This document shows, one piece after another, positions 37,394-44,452 of a stretch of DNA of 64,000 bases. The position numbers and the translations under genes were made by a program. Below the pieces are notes generated by a model. It was not told where the DNA came from, did not search any database, and saw nothing but the letters and a program-made list of their open reading frames with translations. Source of the DNA: Dehalococcoidia bacterium (GTDB lineage: Bacteria; Chloroflexota; Dehalococcoidia; UBA2979); the NCBI GenBank assembly GCA_003599735.1, contig QZJI01000016.1, forward strand, positions 1,923 to 65,922. Direction: 5' to 3'. The stretch's first letter is position 1. Each line of letters begins with the position of its first letter.

Positions 37394-38516
37394 GGGCCTG
37401 CTCCTCACCGATCTCGCGGAATGCCGCGATCACCCGGTCATTCTGCTCCGGCGTGCCAATCGAGATGCGGATGTGGTCGCGCAGCCTCGGCGTGTCGAAG
37501 AAGCGCGGGAAGATCCCGCGCTTCCGCAGGCTGTCCCGCACCGCCTTGCCCTCGATCCGCTGGCCTTCGCGACCCAGACGCAGCAGCACGAAGACCGCCT
37601 CCGAGGGGTACGGGTGCAGCCAGCCGAGGCCGGCGAGCGCCGCGCTGATTCGCTCGCGTTCCGTCGCCAGCGTCCGCGCCCGCTCGTCGAGGATCGCCGT
37701 GTCCTCGAACGAGGCGAGCGCGGCGGCCTCGGCGGCGGCGTTGATGTTGTACGGCTGCTTCGTCCGCATCAGCAGATCGGCGACCTGGGGGTGCATCACC
37801 CCGTAGCCGAAGCGCAGCCCGGCCAGCCCGCCCCACTTCGAGAGCGTGCGCAGCACGACGAGCCCTGGTTCGGTCGCCGCACGGCGTGCCAGCGAGAGCG
37901 TGTGCGAGAACTCGATGTACGCCTCGTCCAGGACGACAAGCGCCCCGGTGCCGAGCAGCCGCTCGACCAGCGCGACCGGGACGGTGTTCCCCGTCGGGTT
38001 GTTCGGCGACGGGATGAAGACGGCCTTCGACTCGCGCGCGGCCGCCTCCAGCCCCTCGAAGTCGAACGCCCAGCCCTCGAGCAGTGGGACGTCGACGACC
38101 TCGCCGCCGTGCAGCGCCGCGTCGAAGGCGTACATGCCGAAGGTGGGCGAGGCGGTGACGATCCGGTCGCCCTCGCCGATGAACAGCCGGAACAGCAGGT
38201 CGATGATCTCGTCGCTGCCGCTCCCGCACACCACTGACTCCGCAGGGACATCGAGGTACCTCGAGATCGCGGCACGCAGCCGACGCTGGCCGGCGTCGCC
38301 GTACCGGTGTGGCTGGTAGTCGCCGCGCAGCGCCTCCAGCGCCTTCGGCGACGGCCCGTACGGGTTCTCGTTCCCGTCGACCTTCACCACCGTCGCCGGG
38401 TCGACGCCGTACTGGCGGGCGACGGCGTCGAGGTCCTCGAGGGCCGCGTACGCCGGGATCGAGCGCAGCGCGGGACGCAGCGCCTCCTGCGGGTCGAAGC
38501 GACGCACGGCGCCCAT
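37386..38516 (-). CDS. hisC: histidinol-phosphate aminotransferase
   Basis: Class II aminotransferase with the PLP-Lys block LRTLSKWGGLAGLRFGY and NPNNPTG. The ATG abuts the hisD stop. Confidence 0.92.
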   Translation of the reverse strand: MGAVRRFDPQEALRPALRSIPAYAALEDLDAVARQYGVDPATVVKVDGNENPYGPSPKALEALRGDYQPHRYGDAGQRRLRAAISRYLDVPAESVVCGSGSDEIIDLLFRLFIGEGDRIVTASPTFGMYAFDAALHGGEVVDVPLLEGWAFDFEGLEAAARESKAVFIPSPNNPTGNTVPVALVERLLGTGALVVLDEAYIEFSHTLSLARRAATEPGLVVLRTLSKWGGLAGLRFGYGVMHPQVADLLMRTKQPYNINAAAEAAALASFEDTAILDERARTLATERERISAALAGLGWLHPYPSEAVFVLLRLGREGQRIEGKAVRDSLRKRGIFPRFFDTPRLRDHIRISIGTPEQNDRVIAAFREIGEEQARG

Positions 38517-39860
38517 CTAGCGCCCCTCCAGCCGGCGCTCGATGCTGCGGGCGTGCCCCGTCAGCCCCTCGGCGCGCGCGAGGCTCGCGGCGTACGGCCC
38601 GAGGCGCATGAGGTCGGCGTCCGTCAGCGCGACGATTGAGGTCACCTTGAGGAAGTCGAGGATCGAGAGCGGTGACGCGAACCGCGCCGCGCCGCCCGTG
38701 GGCATGACGTGCGACGGCCCGGCCGTGTAGTCGCCCAGCACCTCGGGAGACGACTCGCCGAGGAACACGCCGCCGGCGTTCCGCACGAGCGGCAGCAGCG
38801 CCTCGGGGTCCTCGACCAGCAGGCAGAGGTGCTCCGGCGCGAACTCGTTGGCGAGCGCGACGGCCTCCTCCAGGTCGCGGGCGACGACGGCGCCGCCGCG
38901 CTCGATCGCCGAACGCGCGATCACGTGCCGCTCCAGCGACGGCAGTTGCTCCTCGACCGCGGCGGCGACCGCCTCGGCCTGCGCCAGCGAGATCGTGATC
39001 AGCACCGGCGTGGCAAGCACGTCGTGCTCCGCCTGCGCGAGCAGGTCGGCGGCGCACATCGCCGGGTCGGCGTAGTTGTCCGCGAGCACAAGCGTCTCCG
39101 TGGGGCCATAGACCGAGTCGATCCCCACACGCCCGTACAGCTGTTGCTTGGCGATCGTCACGAAGATGCCGCCGGGGCCGAAGATCTTGTCGACGCGCGG
39201 GATCGACTCGGTCCCGAAGGCGAGCGCGGCGACCGCCTGCGCGCCCGAGGCGCGGAAGACACGCGTGACGCCGGAGAGGCGCGCCGCGACCAGCTTCAGC
39301 GGGTTCACGCTGCCGTCCGCGCGCGCCGCCGTCACCCCGATGACGTCCTCGACACCCGCGACGACGCCTGGCACCGCGGTGTGGATGACCGAGGACGGCA
39401 GGACCGCCTCGTTCCCGGTCATGTAGATGCCGGCACGCTGCAACGGGCGCACGAGCATCCCCGTGCCGCGCGCGCTGAACGAGGTGGGCGCGTGCTCCAT
39501 CTGCGTCTCGTGGTAGCGGCGCACCCGTTCGACGGCGAACGCGATGGCGTCGTGCTCTTCGGGGCTCACGCGCTCGAAGGCGTCGCCGACCTCGTCGTCG
39601 CTGACCTCGATGGTCGCGTACGAGGAACCGTCGAAGCGCTGGGAGAAGCGGGTGACCGCGGCGTCGCCCTCCGCGCGCACGGCGTCGATGATCCGCCGGA
39701 CGTGCTCGGCGGCGGTGGTGGGCGCGCCCCAGAGCTCGTTGATCCCCTGCTGGACGGCGTCGGGAAGCACCGGCTCAGCGAGCGCCGTCCGCAGGAGGAC
39801 GGTGCGCCGCGCCTCGTCCAGGTCGGTCACCACGCGCAGGGAGCGCACAGAGGAAGTCAT
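38517..39860 (-). CDS. hisD: histidinol dehydrogenase
   Basis: Full-length HisD-like sequence (GPGGIFV, GPTETLVLAD, AEH, GDYTAGPSHVMPTGG). ATG 39860 lies 10 nt after the upstream stop, with a GAGG SD. Confidence 0.93.
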   Translation of the reverse strand: MTSSVRSLRVVTDLDEARRTVLLRTALAEPVLPDAVQQGINELWGAPTTAAEHVRRIIDAVRAEGDAAVTRFSQRFDGSSYATIEVSDDEVGDAFERVSPEEHDAIAFAVERVRRYHETQMEHAPTSFSARGTGMLVRPLQRAGIYMTGNEAVLPSSVIHTAVPGVVAGVEDVIGVTAARADGSVNPLKLVAARLSGVTRVFRASGAQAVAALAFGTESIPRVDKIFGPGGIFVTIAKQQLYGRVGIDSVYGPTETLVLADNYADPAMCAADLLAQAEHDVLATPVLITISLAQAEAVAAAVEEQLPSLERHVIARSAIERGGAVVARDLEEAVALANEFAPEHLCLLVEDPEALLPLVRNAGGVFLGESSPEVLGDYTAGPSHVMPTGGAARFASPLSILDFLKVTSIVALTDADLMRLGPYAASLARAEGLTGHARSIERRLEGR

Positions 39861-39870
39861 CGTTGGAACC

Positions 39871-40620
39871 TCATCGCAGGTACGAGCGCACGCGCGCTTC
39901 CATTCGGTCAGTCGCGTCACGCCAGAACCGCTCGATCCGCTCCTCCGAGACGACGCCGAACGCCTCTCGGATCAGACTGTGCGGGTCCTCGCAGGACGCC
40001 TCGATCGCGGCGGCGTCGTACCCCGCCCCCTCGAGGTGGCGCATCATCATCCGCCGGAAGCGCGAGTAGTCCGCCGCCTGGCCCGCCACGTCCGCCGAGA
40101 CGGTCATCCACTGTGCAAGGTGTTCGTCCGCGATGAACGGGATGCCGCGCACCGGGACAGTCGCCTCGATGGCGGCGCGCACCTCGGCCATCGCCGCCTC
40201 GTCCTCGCGGTCACGCCGGTCCATCTCGTATTGCAATGCGCGGTCGAGGACGTTCGCCTTCGGCTCTTCCTTGAGCGGCGAGAACGCGCCGAACGATGGC
40301 CGGTAGACCTCGCTGATGAACGTCTCGTCCAGGACGAGGTGGGTGAGGTACCCCGCGATGAACGCCGTCGTCGCGGCGTCGAGCCCCGCGGGTGTCGCGA
40401 GCGCCGGGTGCGCCTCGAACATCCGCGCTACACCGTCCTGGTCGCCGAAGTCCTTCAGGTCGAAAAAGTGGGTGACGGCTCGGTCGAGCCGCGTGATCAC
40501 GCGGATGTCCGGCGCCGTCGCGCCCAGGTAGAACGCACCCCGGTCGGCGTCCACCTCGGGCAGCGCGAGGCGGGCAGCGAGCTGCCGTGCGCGTGCGAGG
40601 TGTGACCCGAGCGAAGGCAT
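39871..40620 (-). CDS. putative metal-dependent hydrolase (zinc-dependent phospholipase C-like family)
   Basis: N-terminal LGSH and later AGYLTHLVLDE histidine/aspartate blocks resemble the bacterial Zn-PLC-like family (recalled by eye). GGAGAAGGGG SD directly after the hisG stop. Confidence 0.5.
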   Translation of the reverse strand: MPSLGSHLARARQLAARLALPEVDADRGAFYLGATAPDIRVITRLDRAVTHFFDLKDFGDQDGVARMFEAHPALATPAGLDAATTAFIAGYLTHLVLDETFISEVYRPSFGAFSPLKEEPKANVLDRALQYEMDRRDREDEAAMAEVRAAIEATVPVRGIPFIADEHLAQWMTVSADVAGQAADYSRFRRMMMRHLEGAGYDAAAIEASCEDPHSLIREAFGVVSEERIERFWRDATDRMEARVRSYLR

Positions 40621-40642
40621 CGTCCCGCCCCTTCTCCGGACG

Positions 40643-42058
40643 TCAGACCGCGGCTTCGGCCGCCGCGCGCAGCCGTGCCACGTACTCCGCCCGCCGCGCC
40701 CCGCGTGCCCCCTCGGGTGCGGTCGCGTGGCCGATCACGCAGTTCGTCGACTCCATGATCACGTCGATCATACGCAGCCGGTTGGCCCGCAGCGTCGTCC
40801 CCGTCTCGGTGCCCTCGATCAGGATCTCGGCGTCTTCCGGCACGAAGCCCTCTGACGCGCCGGAAATGGGGATGACCCGGTACCGGCCGAGGTGGCGCGT
40901 CCGTGCGTACTCGTCTGCGAGGCTCGCGTATTCGGAGGCGACGCGGATCGGGAACTCCGGGTCATCGCGCCGCCAGAGCGCGATCGCCTCCTCGATGTTC
41001 TCCACCGGGAGGTCCTCGCTGATCACGGCGCCCATCTGGTATTTCGACCGCTTCAGGTCGCACAGCTCCGTCACCGGCGCGGCCGGGAACGTTGCGAGGA
41101 ACGCGCGCAGCCAGTCCCGTCCGCTGATCGCGAGGTCGAAATGGCCGAGGGCGACCGCCCGTGGCATGTCCTGCGGCCGCATCACTTTCACCTCGATCCC
41201 TGGGTCGCCCGATTCCGGATACCGCACGGACGAGGTCGCCTCGTACCCGGGGAACGCGATGCCCGCGTCCGCGAGCGCGGCGACGGTGTGGCGCTGCGCG
41301 TGCCCGTCCGGCACGGCGATACGGAACCGCTCGCGCGCCGGGGCGACCGTCGAGGTCCCGCGCGTGACCGCGAGCGGTGTCGGGTCGACGAGGCCGCCCT
41401 CGGCCGTCGCCCGCGCCAGCGACAGCAGCGGCCCAAGCGCCGCCGAGAGGTCGCGGGTCGCGAGCGCCTCGCGGTTCGCGATCAGCCAGACCCCGCTCCG
41501 GTGGACGGTGCCGAGGACCGCGAGCCCCTCCTTCGCCACGGCCGAGGCCGGGGCGATGGCGAGTTCGGCGTCGCGCGGCGGCCACGCCTCGGCCTGTGCC
41601 CAGACTTCGTAGAGCCGGTAGTCCGGGACGCGCAGCCGCGTCAGATAGTGGTGGGCGATCTGCGGGTACTCGGTCGCGACACGCACGATGCCCGCGCCCG
41701 CGAGGCTCGCGAGGTCCGCTCCCGGCGCGCCCGCGACCACCAGCGTTTCACCCTCGATGTCGAGCGGACGCAGCGGTACCACGGAGTCGTGTCGATAGCG
41801 CACCAGCAGCTCGTCGATCCACGTCCCGCTTGCGATGCCGAGGTCGTACTGGCCGAGGGCTACCTGGATCGGGATGTCCTGGTCGGAGAAGACGCGCACC
41901 TGCACGCCCTCGATCCCGTCGACGTCGAAGCGGTACGTGCGCGAACCTTCGAGGTAGCCCTGCGCGCGGAACCCCGCAGCCGCCAGGCGCTCACCGACCG
42001 GCGTGCGCAGGTCGCCCCGTGGCACCGCCACGCGCACTGGACGCGTCGAGGCACTCAC
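40643..42058 (-). CDS. hisG: ATP phosphoribosyltransferase, internally duplicated (two HisG catalytic-fold modules)
   Basis: The halves align: VRVAVPRGDL.../FRIAVPDGHA..., IPIQVALGQYDLGIASG/MPRAVALGHFDLAISG, RVATEYPQIA/RVASEYASLA. Only the C-terminal half carries the PRPP loop EGTETGTTLRANRL (40775-40816). GTG 42058 overlaps the hisZ stop (GTGA). Confidence 0.8.
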   Translation of the reverse strand: MSASTRPVRVAVPRGDLRTPVGERLAAAGFRAQGYLEGSRTYRFDVDGIEGVQVRVFSDQDIPIQVALGQYDLGIASGTWIDELLVRYRHDSVVPLRPLDIEGETLVVAGAPGADLASLAGAGIVRVATEYPQIAHHYLTRLRVPDYRLYEVWAQAEAWPPRDAELAIAPASAVAKEGLAVLGTVHRSGVWLIANREALATRDLSAALGPLLSLARATAEGGLVDPTPLAVTRGTSTVAPARERFRIAVPDGHAQRHTVAALADAGIAFPGYEATSSVRYPESGDPGIEVKVMRPQDMPRAVALGHFDLAISGRDWLRAFLATFPAAPVTELCDLKRSKYQMGAVISEDLPVENIEEAIALWRRDDPEFPIRVASEYASLADEYARTRHLGRYRVIPISGASEGFVPEDAEILIEGTETGTTLRANRLRMIDVIMESTNCVIGHATAPEGARGARRAEYVARLRAAAEAAV

Positions 42059-43041
42059 GATGCGACCTCGGCGAGACGCAGGAGGTCGGCGCCCCATCCG
42101 CACGCGGGCGCGGCCGCGCCGCCCAGCGTCTGGGTGAGGCCGTCGTACCGTCCGCCCCCGAGGAGGGTGCGTCCGTCCGTGCCGGAGCCTTGGCGGAACC
42201 GGAACGTCACGCCGCTGTAGTACTCGAAGTTACGCGCCGTCGCGGCCAGCACCCGGTACGGCACGCCCGTGCCATCAAGCGCCGCCGCCGTCCGTGCGAG
42301 GTCATCGATGGGCGCGGCCGCGGCCGGCACCGTGGCGAGCATCGCCGCGCGCAGGTTCTGGATGTAGCCGGCCGATGCACCATCGACACCGGTGAGCAGC
42401 CGCAGGCTCGCGGCCTGGTCCGGGTGTGCCTGCGCGAGCCGTTCTGTGACGCCCGCGTCGCCCTCTAGCATCAGGTCGTACGCTTCCACCTGCTGCGTGG
42501 GAGATAGCCCGGCAGCGGCGAACGCGGCGCGTACCAGCCCCGCGTGCGCGAGGTCGACCGTGAAGTCGCCTCCGCTGAGGCCGCGCAGGAACGTCGCGGC
42601 GAGCGTCAGCAGTTCCGCATCGCCCTCAGCGGCAGCGGGGCCGAAGAGCTCGACGCCGCATTGCCAGACCTCGCGGTCGCCGTCCACGGCGAAGCGGTAG
42701 ACCGGGGCGACGTACGCGACGCGCGCTGTCGAGGATCCCCCCGCGCGGACCGCGTCGGCGTACCAGCGCGCCGCGGCGACCGTCGCGTCCGGCCGGAGCA
42801 CGACTCGCTCGCCGCTCCACCCGTCCCAGTCGAGGAAGGAATACACGCGTTCCAACGCTTGTGGGGAGAGCGTCCCGGCCGCCGTGTAGAGGTGCAGCGG
42901 CTCGATCGTCGGCGTCCGGATCTCGAGATAGCCCGCGCCTTCGACAGCATCGAGGAACCGCCGCTCGACCGCGCGGAACCGCCGCATCTCCGCCGGGCCG
43001 AAGTCGCGCATACCGGGGCTGTGGAGGCCTCGATCGGGCAT
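42055..43041 (-). CDS. hisZ: ATP phosphoribosyltransferase regulatory subunit (HisRS paralog)
   Basis: PGMRDFGP...LRPDATVAAARW class II aaRS-like core without an anticodon-binding domain. ATG 43041 follows a GAGGAG SD with 6-nt spacing. The upstream 100 codons of the track ORF are Arg/Thr-rich non-coding leader. Confidence 0.85.
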   Translation of the reverse strand: MPDRGLHSPGMRDFGPAEMRRFRAVERRFLDAVEGAGYLEIRTPTIEPLHLYTAAGTLSPQALERVYSFLDWDGWSGERVVLRPDATVAAARWYADAVRAGGSSTARVAYVAPVYRFAVDGDREVWQCGVELFGPAAAEGDAELLTLAATFLRGLSGGDFTVDLAHAGLVRAAFAAAGLSPTQQVEAYDLMLEGDAGVTERLAQAHPDQAASLRLLTGVDGASAGYIQNLRAAMLATVPAAAAPIDDLARTAAALDGTGVPYRVLAATARNFEYYSGVTFRFRQGSGTDGRTLLGGGRYDGLTQTLGGAAAPACGWGADLLRLAEVAS

Positions 43042-43150
43042 GGACGGCTCCTCGGCTGTGGTGCGTCGCGGGGCGGACGGGTTCGCGGTCATTCTACGGG
43101 CCTCACTCTCTGACGGGTGCGGGACATCGAGGTCGGCGGGACACGGTAAT

Positions 43151-43179
43151 GCGCCCGCGACGGCCTGCCGTCGTGGCGC
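43151..43179 (-). terminator. attenuator terminator hairpin (segments 3:4) of the his leader
   Basis: GCGCCACGACGGC (43179-43167) pairs with GCCGTCGCGGGCGC (43164-51), about 11 bp with one mismatch and one bulge. Segment 3 can alternatively pair over 13 bp with GCCGTCGTGCGCGC (43235-43222). Confidence 0.5.
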
Positions 43180-43207
43180 TCCTGCGTGCCTGGATCGGTT
43201 GGATCGG

Positions 43208-43309
43208 CTAGCGGTGCAGACGCGCGCACGACGGCGTGCCATGCGCATGAGCCGCGTGGGCGGAGTGCGCGTGGCCGGCGTGCGCGTGGACGAAGTGCGT
43301 CTGTCGCAT
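43208..43309 (-). CDS. hisL: his operon leader peptide candidate (33 aa, 9 His)
   Basis: Translates to MRQTHFVHAHAGHAHSAHAAHAHGTPSCARLHR. Eight of the nine His codons fall in a 19-codon window. It lies 167 nt upstream of hisZ. There is no SD, but a -10-like box ends 9 nt before the ATG. Confidence 0.55.
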   Translation of the reverse strand: MRQTHFVHAHAGHAHSAHAAHAHGTPSCARLHR

Positions 43310-43318
43310 GATGAATCG

Positions 43319-43347
43319 AGGCTACGGGTGCCCTCGGTTACCGGCAA
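43319..43347 (-). promoter_or_regulatory. promoter candidate for the his leader (TTGCCG-17 nt-TAGCCT)
   Basis: On the minus strand, TTGCCG lies at 43347-43342 and TAGCCT at 43324-43319. The ATG of the leader ORF begins 9 nt downstream, which would give a leaderless or near-leaderless transcript. Confidence 0.3.
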
Positions 43348-43348
43348 C

Positions 43349-44128
43349 CTACCGTCGGATCGTCGTCACGTCCCCGGCTGCGAACGCGCGGCGCGTGCCA
43401 TCGGCCAGCGCCAGCACCAGTTCACCCGTCGAGGTCACGTCCACCGCTTCGCCCTCGACCTCTCCGGAAGGCGTCGCGAGGCGCACCTGCTGCCCGATGG
43501 TGATCAACCGCGCCCGCCATTCCGCAAGCAGTGCCGCCGGCTCGGTCTCGGCCTGTGCCGCGCGCCGGTCGAATGCCGTCGACAGCGCCGCCAGCAGCAC
43601 CTCGCGGGGCGGGGCGGGGTGGCCCGCTCCTTCGATGCTCGTGGCGATTGCCCCTACCTCCGGCGGCAGCTCCGGGGCGGTACGAAGGTTGATCCCGATT
43701 CCCACAAACACGTCCAGGGCTGTCCCGCGTGGCCGCGCTTCGGCCAGGATGCCCGCCAGTTTCTTGCCCTTCACCTGGAGGTCGTTCGGCCACTTCAGGT
43801 CGACGGCGAGTCCGCACGCCGCCTGGATCGCCTCGGCGGCCGCGACCGCGGCGGCCAGCCCGAGCAGCGGTGCTCCCTCCGCCCGCGTGGGACAGAGGTG
43901 GTAGGTCACGTACAGCCCCGCAGCGGCGGCGGATACCCACGAGCGACCCTGGCGGCCGCGACCGGCGCTCTGCTCACCTGCCATGTACGCGGTGCCGCAC
44001 GGACGCCCCTCGGCTGCCCCCTCCCGCGCGTCGTCCATTGTCGATGTCGTCGTTTCGACGTACACCACCTCTGCACCCACGCGGGAGGAGTGGCGAAGGC
44101 TGTGGTAGCGGGCGAGGTCGAACGGCAT
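43349..44128 (-). CDS. birA: biotin-[acetyl-CoA-carboxylase] ligase (group I, no HTH domain)
   Basis: GRGRQGRSW biotin-binding loop and DLKWPNDL. At 259 aa it has no N-terminal repressor domain. Confidence 0.88.
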   Translation of the reverse strand: MPFDLARYHSLRHSSRVGAEVVYVETTTSTMDDAREGAAEGRPCGTAYMAGEQSAGRGRQGRSWVSAAAAGLYVTYHLCPTRAEGAPLLGLAAAVAAAEAIQAACGLAVDLKWPNDLQVKGKKLAGILAEARPRGTALDVFVGIGINLRTAPELPPEVGAIATSIEGAGHPAPPREVLLAALSTAFDRRAAQAETEPAALLAEWRARLITIGQQVRLATPSGEVEGEAVDVTSTGELVLALADGTRRAFAAGDVTTIRR

Positions 44129-44241
44129 GCACGCACCGTAGCGAGGTGTGCAGGTCGATGCGAGAGGGTCGAGGGGGATTTCTGGAGCGCGTAGGGGGCA
44201 TTCTTCAGGACGCCCGGATCCAGCTCACGGCACATAAGCGT

Positions 44242-44277
44242 GAGGGGCGTCCCCATGGGGACGCCCCTCCGTTTTGT
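44242..44277 (+). terminator. perfect 28-nt palindrome followed by CGTTTTGT on the plus strand (orphan intrinsic-terminator-like element)
   Basis: GAGGGGCGTCCCCA/TGGGGACGCCCCTC at 44242-44269, then a T tract at 44270-44277. On the minus strand it is preceded by an A tract and followed by only a few U. Confidence 0.5.
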
Positions 44278-44383
44278 AGGCCACTCAGGACCGGGGGTTA
44301 AGTTTCGGCCACCTCCACGTGTGGCCGGCCCGGTTGGTGACTACTGTCATCGGTCACGCGCATCACCCCCTTTCCTGCCGCTG

Positions 44384-44412
44384 ACACTAGAGAACGCCGA
44401 TCCGCTTGTCAA
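44384..44412 (-). promoter_or_regulatory. sigma70-like promoter candidate (TTGACA-17 nt-TAGTGT) reading toward birA
   Basis: On the minus strand, TTGACA lies at 44412-44407 and TAGTGT at 44389-44384, 41 nt downstream of the aminotransferase stop. Confidence 0.4.
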
Positions 44413-44452
44413 CAGGTCTCGATAGGGGATGTGATCATTTGTTTTTCCGCGG

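Noticed and set aside
37438-40136. Very long ORFs overlapping hisC/hisD in other frames or on the other strand (37438..39057 minus, 539 aa; 38709..40136 plus, 475 aa)
   Set aside because: The products are Arg/Ala/Gly/Pro-rich and low in complexity, with no motifs. They are out-of-frame or antisense shadows of well-supported his genes, as expected in high-GC DNA where stop codons are rare.
43042-43347. N-terminal 100-codon extension of hisZ offered by the ORF track (start 43347)
   Set aside because: The extension is Arg/Thr/Pro-rich junk. A strong GAGGAG SD precedes ATG 43041, and HisZ homology starts there. The region is better explained as the his leader/attenuator.
44240-44425. 61-aa plus-strand ORF and other short ORFs inside the aminotransferase-birA gap
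   Set aside because: They have poor codon usage and no SD, and they are composed largely of the palindrome and helices. The region is treated as non-coding structured RNA or regulatory DNA instead.
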